64,000 bases of DNA from Octopus vulgaris (Eukaryota), in the NCBI GenBank assembly GCA_951406725.2, contig OX597817.1, forward strand, positions 27,528,001-27,592,000. The letters are read 5' to 3'. The notes under the pieces are model-generated. The model made no database searches. It was not told the DNA's origin and saw only the letters and a list, made by a program, of their open reading frames with translations. Shown one piece after another: positions 28,460-39,990 of the stretch (its first letter is position 1; each line of letters begins with the position of its first letter). A program made the position numbers and the translations under genes.

Positions 28460-30276
28460 TTGCATCGGTTTGACCTGAATAAATGTCAGCTTTCTTAAGA
28501 GATTTAACTCGAAAAAAAGCTTTCATTAGTGAAAAAGTTTCATTGAAAATTTCATTTCGTATGTGAATAATTTATGACCACTGAAATCATTTCATGATTT
28601 ACAACCAGTAAACTATTAGAAATAAAAGAAATATAAGGACCATATTCTCACATATTGTGAATAATCACATATTACATTTCCATTTTTAAGTTGTGAAAGA
28701 GAATCTGAGCAATGAGCGTCTACGACGTACAGTTTACGTAGTCATTCGATCTGCTAGATTTATAAGCAAGTCTCCCCAAATTCAAATCAAACTCTTTTTT
28801 AAAAGGTGTAAAGCTTGGTAACATGTACTGGACACTCTATTCTTAATTTCGTTGTTCGTTCATTTGTATGCCTTTCAGATACCATAATTCTGAAACATTT
28901 GAGAGCGGAAAACGTTCCAGTTGCTTTAGATAGTGAAGCCATTAAAAGAATGGAATATTCTTCATGTAAAAACCTGTTTACTAATGAATGTAATATTTCA
29001 TAGATTCTATTTAGCACTTCAGAGATATTTAAGCTATAAATATAAGATGTTTCTCTATCAGTTTAATAATACAATGTGTTAACTATTCTGCGTATACATG
29101 TCTTGTAAATTTAGTATTCGTACATGCAGTAGATACTCAATTATAAATATAAAGTTATGAATTATATAGTCAATGTGTGTTCCATTATAGATTACAGTTA
29201 GTGCTTATGTGTATGAAAAATTGCTGTATATGTACCACAATTTCTTATCATCATTTATGGATTTAAACACTTGGTTCGATTAGATCCTTTCATAAATATT
29301 ACAATTCCGCATTGTAGTAAGTCTGCAAGCAAAAAAGAAAAATGATCTTATTATTCTTAGAATTTAGTTTGGAATCATTTTAGTAGGAAATTATCGTGGA
29401 GAAAATAAATTTAGAATGAAATTGGCGGTCGATAAATTAGTTAACTTTTTATCTGCTTTCAGCTATTTCTTTATTGCTTCGACATTTAGAAATAATTTTC
29501 TCCAGACAATGTAGCGTGTTGGAAGTTTTTGTTGTCAAAGTTTCGGAAATGTTAGAAGAGTTTCGATTCTATAACCTTTCCAAACAAATCGAGAATGCTT
29601 AATAATATCTATCCCTCAATGTGTTTACAAAGAATTATGCACCATAGTTTCTATGGTGATAGAACGAAAGTAATACACATTTCTAGGATAATGATATGAT
29701 GCTGAATCAGGCCTGCAGAAAATATTCCTAAGCATTATAGATGTATGAATATTATTAGCGAAAGTCGTTGTAGGCGCAACAATTGTGATGGCCAGATATA
29801 ATTTACTGTCAAAGTGTTACTGTCGGAACTGGATAACTGCGTAAGCAATTTCGTCTGCCTAACACCATTCATTCTTACATCAATATTTGTATCAACAAGG
29901 CCACTGTTATAAACGTATGTTTGTGGAAAATATATCTTATTTAAGAAGTTTCTAGATACATGATCGAAGCATGGTTTTACAACAGACTAATGTCACTAAA
30001 ATATTCAACTATATAATTAATATCTGGTGAGAATCTGTGAAGTAACAATAATTTTAAAACTCCTTCTGCAAACTAAGACAACTGGCGGTATTTTTAGTGT
30101 ACATATTTATCTATTCAGTCATATGGACTTTACACTGGTGTGGTAGTGATAGAATTGGTTAAAGAGGGCGACAGTATAAGAAAGCCTGTCTTGACGTAAG
30201 CACGTAAAATACTTACCAAAAGCGTAAATTTCCTCTCAGAGAATACATTTAGAGGTAGACAGATTGCGTAACGAGG

Positions 30277-30348
30277 ATATATATATATATATATATATAT
30301 AAATATGTATGTATGTATGCATGTATATATATGTATGTATATATATGC

Positions 30349-30397
<49 letters not shown>

Positions 30398-30463
30398 CAT
30401 ATATATGTATTTGTATATATATATGTATATATGTGTGTATATATATACATATATATATATATG

Positions 30464-30494
<31 letters not shown>

Positions 30495-30549
30495 GTATAT
30501 ATATATGTATATATATATGTATGTATATATATGTATATATATATATATA
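30277..30549. repeat. (TA)/(TATG)n low-complexity tract
   Basis: Direct observation. Confidence 0.95.
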
Positions 30550-31066
<517 letters not shown>

Positions 31067-31095
31067 TGTATGTATGTATGTATGTATGTATATGT

Positions 31096-31440
31096 AAACA
31101 GTTGCAGCGCGGAAGGTGTTTATAAGCCATTTAAAACACTCAAAAACCGCTAGATTCACGTCAACATTTAAATTTAATTTGCCAAATTACTTTAATCGCT
31201 TTGAGACCACGACCTGATCACTGACAAAATTCCGTGCTGCATTTTAGTTTTGGCAGTGATCAAGTCGCGGTCTCAAAGCGACGAAAATATTTTGGCAATT
31301 TAAATTTAAATGTCGAAGTGAATCTAACTGTTTTCGTGTGTTTTTAAATGACTCATAAACACCTTCTACGCTGTAATTGTTTTTGTTTGAACATACGATC
31401 TCAGATCAGTTACTTGCTATGCAATGTATCTCCATGATAT
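31096..31440. mobile_element. Foldback element: ~135-bp inverted arms plus a unique tail, between TA/TATG tracts
   Basis: Arm 31096-31230 is an imperfect reverse complement of 31247-31383, around a ~16-nt loop; extra tail 31384-31437 ends in (TA)n. Confidence 0.75.
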
Positions 31441-31533
31441 ATATACTTTAGAAGCAGATTTGAAACAACGACAGTTTCCAAATTTGCGACAACTTGGGAA
31501 CAGGGGGGGGTATTCCGACTGTAATCTAGTTTT

Positions 31534-31766
31534 CTATTTCTTTACTACCTACAAGGGGCTAAACACAGAGAGGACAAACAAGGACAGACAAACGGATTAA
31601 GTCGATTATATCGCCTCCAGTGCTTTACTGGTACTTAATTTATTGACCCCGAATGGATGGAAGGCAAAGTCAACCTCGGCGGAATTTGAACTCAGAACGT
31701 AGCGGCAAACGAAATGCTGCTAAGCATTTCGCCTGGCGTGCCAACGTTTCTGCCAGCTCACCGCCT
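31534..31766 (-). mobile_element. SINE family A, full length
   Basis: Same head, body and tail as 8594-8826. Confidence 0.9.
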
Positions 31767-32055
31767 CACTGTAGTCGACGCACGTATATACAGCACTGTT
31801 GTTTATATATTTGCCTAAATTTTGATAGTATTCTCTCATGCATTACAAATGTATTAATACTTATTAATTGTGTTATTTTTAATTGAAGTTATACATAAAA
31901 CAATCTAACAGTAAACTGACGAATTACTCAATGGTTTTCAACAGAGGACTTATTAATGTATACAAGGAAAAGGCATCCAGTAACTTCAAAAAAACTGGTT
32001 TCCTCGCCGTCACAGGCCCTCTATTAAACTTTTCCTTCTTAAAAATAATATATAT

Positions 32056-32200
32056 ATTATTTACATTATTTACATTTGACGGATATTTGTCCTCATCTTG
32101 CTTGTTGTTAACAATGTTTCGGCTGATATACCTTACAGCCTTCATCAGGTATCTTGGGGAAATTTCTTACCTGGGTTCTCATTCCTAAGGTATTTTTTGA

Positions 32201-32237
<37 letters not shown>

Positions 32238-32339
32238 TAGTTTTATTTTTATAGCGTGCTTTCACTTCACTACCGAGCGCAGCTCTGTGTGCCTTGGGTA
32301 TGTGCTGTGATTTGTTGTGATGCTCTGATGGTTATTGTA

Positions 32340-32393
<54 letters not shown>

Positions 32394-32593
32394 TATTATT
32401 ATTATTAATATTATTATTATTATTAATCAGGTCACTGCCCGCGGAATCGAATTTACAAATCAAAATTTTCCCAAGACACCCGATGACGGCTGGAGATTAT
32501 ATCAGCCGAAACGTGTTAACAACAAAGATGAGGGCAAATATTCGTAAAATGTAAATAATGTACATAATTTGTCATCTCTTAAATATAGCACTG
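32056..32593. mobile_element. Penelope-like inverted-repeat element with a hammerhead-like core in each arm
   Basis: Arms 32056-32165 and 32463-32568 are inverted. Cores are CTGATGA-a-GGCTG..CAGCC-GAAAC (minus, 32116-32148) and CCGATGA-c-GGCTG..CAGCC-GAAAC (plus, 32480-32512). A tail runs on into (TA)n. Confidence 0.65.
32235..32337 (-). mobile_element. Short retroelement 3'-UTR-like insertion inside a (TAA)n tract (Dong-like)
   Basis: About 100 bp of complex sequence with (TAA)n on both sides; on the minus strand it ends aaaaataaaactactg then (aat)n. Confidence 0.5.
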
Positions 32594-32849
32594 TATATAT
32601 ATATATATGTCTGTGTGTGTATGTATGTGTGTGTTTTTAAATTAATTATAGGTGTGTGTATAGGGTGAGAGATTGGGTTGGGTGTGTGTGTGTGTATTGT
32701 CTGTAAGTCTGAAAATATAGAAGAAAATTAAACATTGTGATCGAATGGAATTGGTTATTTCGTCTTATATGATCGCACGCTATATCAATCTAAAAATGGT
32801 AAATAGCGTATATTTATCATAGGCAATCAGATTGATATATATTGCGGTT

Positions 32850-33790
32850 TGTGACAAATTCTTATCAGTTATTATGAACGGCAAATTAATATCAGACTGC
32901 TAGAAAAGTATGCACGAACAGAAACCGTTCAAAGGATTCTGAGAGGATTTTCCAAAATTTATTGAAGCAATACCAAAGGTATAGATCAATTAATAAAGTG
33001 TGGATTGGTTGCAGGAGTGGGAAAAGATTCAACTTGTCCAATAATTGAGAATTTCACTCTTAGTAACAGAACTTAAATAGGTCAGAGATTGATCAATTTC
33101 TGCTAAGAGAAAGATCTATGTATAATGAATACTTTTTTAGTTGCGTAAAAGACGATTATACACTTCGCTTCTGCAAATACGGAATACTATAATGAAATCG
33201 ATTATATGATAATAATAATAAAAAAAAGCAAGAAACGTATAATTCATTCAAGCAAAACTTTACCAGATGTTGATTATAGATATGAGTAATGGGAATTTAA
33301 GTTTAAATCTATGAAGAAAATAAGTTATCAATAAAAAATATCTGAAAGTATTTCTGCAAACTTTTATTGATAACAGTTCGTCGAACGTTGGAAATATAAT
33401 TTGTACTAAGTATTTTGAAGGTCTTTAAGATCAAGTAAAATGTTTCATAAAATAAAGTGTAAAAAGGGAATATTCCAAGAATTGAAATGACAAAAACAAT
33501 CAAAGTGATTATCTGAAAATGCAACTGATATTGCAAAAGAAATCATGTGTCTGAAATCAAGAATTCATAATCAAATAGACGAGGATTAAAGCAACTGAAC
33601 TCCTTCAAAGGCAATCAGGAAAAGTTAAAAGCACATATTCTTAAATCTATAACTGGAAGAAACAAATAGAATCAGACGTTTATAGAAGAATATGAAATCA
33701 TGGAATAATGAAAAGTATATGAAAAATGTTGTGCAAAATATCCAACAAAACCAAGGAAAATTAATACTGGTGAATAATGCAAATAATGGA
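32850..33790 (+). mobile_element. RTE-clade LINE remnant (APE endonuclease and linker), heavily decayed
   Basis: GQRLINFC*EKDLCIMNTF (~33080) and NEIDYMII (~33190), as in RTE endonucleases. Confidence 0.65.
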
Positions 33791-34477
33791 TGTGAATTTG
33801 TCAAAGTATTAAATACAATATTAAAAATTAAAACAAACATTGAATGGATGATATTGAAATTCACTATTCAAAATATGTTACCAAAACTTGAGCATCTAAG
33901 TGAAGTGGTGTCAAATTTTCGATATAGAGAGGCATTGGTCCCTTGATATGAAAAAGCAAGCGCTCTTTGTAAAACTAAATTAAAAATAGCAAAATGCAGT
34001 TTGTTTGAGAAACTATTGGTGTCCATTTAAGTATAAAAAATATATTTAAATATTCCACTTCAGGTAATTTCCTCTCACATCAGCTTGTCCATGAACGACT
34101 GGATTTTGGTAAAAACCTGAGGCAATGTATGCATGCTTACGAATGCAAAATAATTTTGAGTGGAATCTCATAAGTTTCAAAGCCCTGTATGATTGTGTGT
34201 TGTTAATTACAGCGAATATATAACTTAGGTGTCGAATAATTTGGAGAGATGAAATTTTCGGTTAACGATCTTTGGCGATTTACTAGCAAAATAATAAATG
34301 AAAATAGGGTGTAAACCCAGAGAAATTTGTAAAGGACTCGATAAATATTAAAATTATCCCCATATTTGTTCAAATTATATAAAGATATTGAGAAAATTAT
34401 TGTTTGGAAGGAAAAACTTTAATGAAATTGACATCTGAATAATAGTATCTAAGAAATGAACATCTATATATATATTA

Positions 34478-34818
34478 TAAGCGCATGCGTAGCTCTTTGA
34501 TACGAAGCTTGCTTCCCAGCCACATGGTTCCCGGTTCAGTCCCACTGCGTGGCACCTTGGGCAAGTGTCTTCTACTATAGTCTCGGGCCAACCAAAGCCT
34601 TGTGAGTGGATTTGGTGTATGTGTTCGTACCCCCATCACCTCCTGACAACTGATGTTGGTGTGTTTAATTTCCAGTAACTTAGCAGGTCGGCAAAAAAAC
34701 TCCGATAGAATGAGTACTAGGCTTACAAAAAATAAGTCCTGGGGTCGATTTCTTCGACGAAAGGTGGTACTGCATCATGGACGCTGTCAAATGAGTGAAA
34801 GAAATAATAGAATAAAAG
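34478..34818 (+). mobile_element. SINE family B, internally deleted
   Basis: cagtcccactgcgtggcaccttgggcaagtgtct etc. Confidence 0.85.
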
Positions 34819-34869
34819 AATATATACATATATATAATAACAATTTAATAAATAAAACATATGCATACA

Positions 34870-34902
<33 letters not shown>

Positions 34903-35121
34903 GTACATACCTACACCTATATGCATATATAAATGCATATATGAGTACAGGACACCACAAATAAACGTAGAACACAACGAGAAACGAAAACATAAAATCA
35001 AGCAAGGAAACGGACTTTTTTTAACAACGAAAAAACAGAGTACAAGACAAACAATACAAGGAATATTCCCCTTCATCATTTGCCCCTGTTTCGATTCAAT
35101 GCGTGTTTCGAAGGTAATATA

Positions 35122-35218
35122 TAGCGGTGTTCCAATAGAGCCCACTTTTCATCATCTACAACAATAACATCACTGGAGTCATCAACCACAGCAAAATAAG
35201 AATTTTTGCAGATGATTT
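35122..35218 (+). mobile_element. CR1/L2-type RT fragment
   Basis: SGVP..PLFIIYNNNITGVINHSKIRIFADD across one frameshift. Confidence 0.65.
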
Positions 35219-35231
35219 CAAGTCAAGAACA

Positions 35232-35437
35232 ATACTTATTCTTTGTAAGCTTAGTACTTATTCTATCTGTCGCTTTTGTCGAACCGCTAGGTTTCGTGGT
35301 CGTAAATGTACCAACATCGGTTGTCAAGCGATGGTGGGGAGACAGAGACACACAAACATATATATATACATACGATGGTCTTCTTTCAGTTTCCGTCTAC
35401 CAAATCCACTCATAATTTTTGGGTCGCCCCGAGGCTA
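35232..35437 (-). mobile_element. SINE family B, partial
   Basis: ttctttcagtttccgtctaccaaatccactca block. Confidence 0.8.
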
Positions 35438-35439
35438 TA

Positions 35440-36208
35440 TATAAGTTATAATAAAAAATAGAGTTAAGATAAGCAACTTTAAAACTATAGAATACAAACC
35501 TTATTTTGGGTAGGCCCTAGTAGTGTGCCGCAGTGCACGGTCACCCTTACGCTTACCAGACGTGCACTTTGATTATATCCTACATGATTGAGACGGAAAA
35601 CCGTGTAATGGAAACATTTAGAATATATATATTCTATTTCCTCTCCTCTCTTTAATTCCTTCTTTCTCTCTCTTCTCCATTCTTTGATGCCTTTCTCCCT
35701 CTTTTTTCTCTCTCTTTGATTCCTTTGCCCCCTTTTTTCTCTCTCTCCTCCTCTCACGTGACCGCTGGTCACGTGCCACCTTTCGGCTTCCGACCACCTT
35801 TCGGCTTCCGACCACCTCCATGAAAACATCGTTTTCTTCGTCTGCCGAAAAAGGCATTTTTTTCCAAATACGTCAGCTAAACTAAGTTGTACTGTCTATA
35901 GTCGTAAGACACCTGCTGTTTTTGTCCTGTTATTACTATTATTGCTTTTTGTATTTATATCCGTGTGGCATCGTCCGTTTTTCTGTCCCTGTTTCGTATA
36001 AATTCGATCCTTTTTCCAAGAAATCTAATGCTCGTAGCTTAGTTTTTCCTTGGGGCTGGCCGGATCGGAGCGATCTCAAGATTAATCAGCCGAAATTGCG
36101 AGGATGATCCGGTTCTTGACTGAAGATTGAAGGCTTAGAATGTCCCGTCCGTGTTTTTTGTATCGTCTGCTAAACGTTTTGCGTTCTTGTCCCAGTTAGT
36201 ACTTTTTT
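35440..36208 (+). mobile_element. Unclassified repeat, possibly a Penelope-like pLTR
   Basis: Bounded by TA runs; (CT)-rich tract, hairpin cacgtgacc-gct-ggtcacgtg, 18-bp tandem ccacctttcggcttccga, degenerate ctgccga..aaatacgtc. Confidence 0.4.
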
Positions 36209-36209
36209 A

Positions 36210-36580
<371 letters not shown>

Positions 36581-37666
36581 AGAGACCAAATCACATATAG
36601 ATGTGGCATTGATCATTATCGTTGAATGCATTGAAATTAATATTTCTACCATCGTTCTATTTGAAAACAGAGCAATCGTCATACTCCGTTCATTCAACCG
36701 AGAGCTATGATGCTTAAAGAGACAGATCGTTTTGTTTTATAAGAAAAATCAAAATAATAGCCAAAGTAAGAAGACTGTGGTATTAGGCAAGACAAGCTAT
36801 TTTAATCGAAACAAAGATATATGGACAGAGCGAAAACTTGGAAAATAAATCAAAGTTTAAAAAAAAATAGAATTATTGACTTCTGAAATTTGGTACTGGA
36901 GACGAAAATTGATCATTTCCTGTATTGAAGGCAAACCAATGACTCAGCCTTTGTGTGAAATTGGCAATTTTAAGTCATTATATTTCACAATCATGTAACA
37001 CTAAATGAAATATTTTGCTCGTAGAATGAGAGTCAGTAAAATACTGACAAACATATGAAATAGTTAGGATACTGTGTTGGAAAGGAAAAGGACGTAGGCC
37101 AAACCCGTGATGACCAGAAGATATAGAAAGTTATATGAACACAAAATTAGACCAGCATACATATCAATAGATGTGAATAAATAAATATGTGTATGCGTTG
37201 TGTGAATATGTGTGCGTATGTGTAAGAGAGAGAGAGAGAGAGGTGGGTAGTTTTGATTTTCACATAGCTCACTCTCTGCGTTAGTGATATGTCATCACCC
37301 AAGTGTAGGTAGAATTCTCAGTGAAGGTGTTATTCGCCTCGAAGGACAAGAAGTGGCATCAGAGAACTGATAAAATGGTGGCTTCGGACAGAGCAACACG
37401 ATGGCCTCAACTTTGTTTTTGTTGTAACTTAAGATATAAAGCAAATAGTTTACCAAAATATAGCAAAAACTTTTGACTTAACGCTAAGTGGTAGTGAGAC
37501 AAATGAAACAGCTACATACGGTCCTTGAATAAAAGCACTGTAATCTAAACTTCAATATATATCCGGAGTGAAAACATAATAGGCGCACAGACTTATACAA
37601 GTACACACAAACACAGACTCATTTATATATATACAAAGAGATAGAAAGAAAGAGAGATACGGATAT

Positions 37667-37722
<56 letters not shown>

Positions 37723-37901
37723 CGTGCGTAGAAAAATAATAGGCAGAAAACTAGTATGGTATTCAAAGATTTATAAGGCATACTCGTGTTTCATCAAAAT
37801 GCTGTAACAGTTACTTAACTTAACCGTAGTATAGTATTATGCAATCAGGGATTTTATCTCATCAATATCTCGCGTTTGAGTGTCGCAATTTACTGCCTCC
37901 C

Positions 37902-37949
<48 letters not shown>

Positions 37950-38039
37950 AAAACAATTTAGATTCAAATGAATATGGTACTTAACTTAGATGCACCAGAA
38001 TTTTTTTATGGTATTACCCATAAAATTATGTGAGGTGAT

Positions 38040-38133
38040 TATAACCCAAAAATAAGCAACAAGAATGTATCGGTAATTTAGTACAATTGTTTAGTACTAA
38101 ATAACCGATCCATTCCTGTTGCTTATTTTGGGG

Positions 38134-38138
<5 letters not shown>
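38040..38138. repeat. 45-bp inverted repeat (4 mismatches, 9-nt loop)
   Basis: 38040-38084 versus 38094-38138. Confidence 0.92.
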
Positions 38139-38203
<65 letters not shown>

Positions 38204-38283
38204 GTATATATTATTTTTTAGAGAATAAAAATTCCGGCATAACTGAGGTTCAAAGTATTCCCAATGAAGGAATATATTTTAAT

Positions 38284-38368
38284 TTAGAGATAGTAGACCC
38301 CTACATCTCACCAAATAAAAATTATTTTTATTTTTATTTGGTGAGATGTAGGGGTCTACTATCTCTAA
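38284..38368. repeat. Perfect 39-bp inverted repeat (7-nt loop)
   Basis: 38284-38322 is the exact reverse complement of 38330-38368; peptide [13 protein letters not shown] appears on both strands in the ORF track. Confidence 0.97.
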
Positions 38369-38369
38369 C

Positions 38370-38431
<62 letters not shown>

Positions 38432-38489
38432 TATATACATACGTGTGTGTATATATATATGTATATACATATATATATTTGTGTATATT

Positions 38490-38682
38490 TTTGTGTGTGT
38501 CTGTGTTTGTCCCCACTACCATTGCTTGACAACCAACCGATGTTGGTGCGTTTACGTCCCCGTAACTTAGCGGTTCGGCTGAACAGACCGATAGAACATG
38601 TCCTGGGGTCAATTTGTTTGACTAAAGGCTGTTCTCCAGCATGGCTACAGTCAAATGATTGAAACAAGTAAAAGAATAAAAG
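38490..38682 (+). mobile_element. SINE family B, 3' half
   Basis: tttgtcccc..ttgacaacc..cagtcaaatga.tgaaacaagtaaaagaataaaaga. Confidence 0.85.
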
Positions 38683-39589
38683 ATTATATATATATATATA
38701 TACCTACATGCATGCACATATGTGTGCATAGTGTGTATGCGCATGTGTACGTGTGTGTGTGTGTGTGTCTGTCTGTGTCTGTGTGTCTGTAAATGCATGC
38801 TTGTATATGCTTGCGTTTCAATATTGAGTTTGTAGTTGTGTATGTGACTGAAACCTTGATATTAAATAAAATACAAAACATTTGGTCAATTCGGATTAAA
38901 TTCAAATCGCGAGACTTAATTTTAATTGATACAGTGATTATTAGACGACTTTTCGATATATTTTACCCCTGTTTCTATCTTTGAGATGAACTACTGATAA
39001 CCTGTTTCCAGCAAAGCCTTGAAATATAGCCTTATATTTTACATTAGTGCCGATATTATCTAGTGGGCAACGTTATATCGCCAGAAATGATCTTAGAATG
39101 ATACTTGGACCTCTTCCAAACCACGGCTGCTAAAATTAATATTGCGTAAATAGCGGAAAAGATGCTTCTTCGAGTAATGATCTAATTGATGGCTATGACT
39201 ATTATCCAATGTTAACAACTATGATATCAATTAATTACATGATATACGGTTGTGTTACTGGAAAGATTGACTTTAATAAGATTATAATAGATGTACATGG
39301 ATTACTACAAAGTACTCATAACATTCCAATCGATAATAATCTTAGTCAATAATTGTTGAGGTATATGCAGATAGCAGAACTACGATAAAATATTTCAGCT
39401 CCTGGTCATTAACTTCACATTAAACGTGTTTTTAGGAATATTTCTTATATTATTTTCCCGGAAGAGAAACCAAAAGAAAATTTAAATATAGTTACTTAAA
39501 CCATGCCTTGTTAACCCTCAGTGACGTGGAATACAATTATATATTTCTCAGATCCAGTAGGATTTCATCTCTGGAAAATGATCCCTGAA

Positions 39590-39990
39590 CAAAAAGTGAA
39601 GATTGTATTTAGTCCCTTGTTTTAATATGTGTATATTTTTGAAGATAGAAGATGTACAACGAAATAACACAAAGCCTGAATCTTTACATCTCTGTTATTC
39701 TCTTTTGAGTGATTGACCCCATAGTCACAACACATCAAAATAGTCGAAATATTTCGCATGAAGCGTATCAGGCCTATATTCAGGACTCCAAGCTCTCCTC
39801 CATGAAATATCATTTATACGAAGACCGACATAAATTGATTGCATGCATAGTTCCAGCAAAGTCTCTTATATCCCATAGTATGGTCTTATACGCTGACACT
39901 GAAAGTCCATTTTTGAAAAAGGCGGCGGGTTGAAACGGCTGTTCCAATATTGCTTGACAGACTGGGTAGTCCGTTTGTCATGAACATGTA
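39590..39990 (-). mobile_element. piggyBac (PGBD4-like) transposase remnant
   Basis: Colinear decayed motifs on the minus strand: SVKQYWNS..PPFSKM, RIRP, SWRRAWSPEYRPDTLHAKY, YFVVHLL...Y*NKG..IFT. Confidence 0.55.

Noticed and set aside
35060-35118. Type II hammerhead arrangement (GAAA upstream of TGATGA on the minus strand)
   Set aside because: C3 is missing and stems I and III cannot be drawn convincingly.
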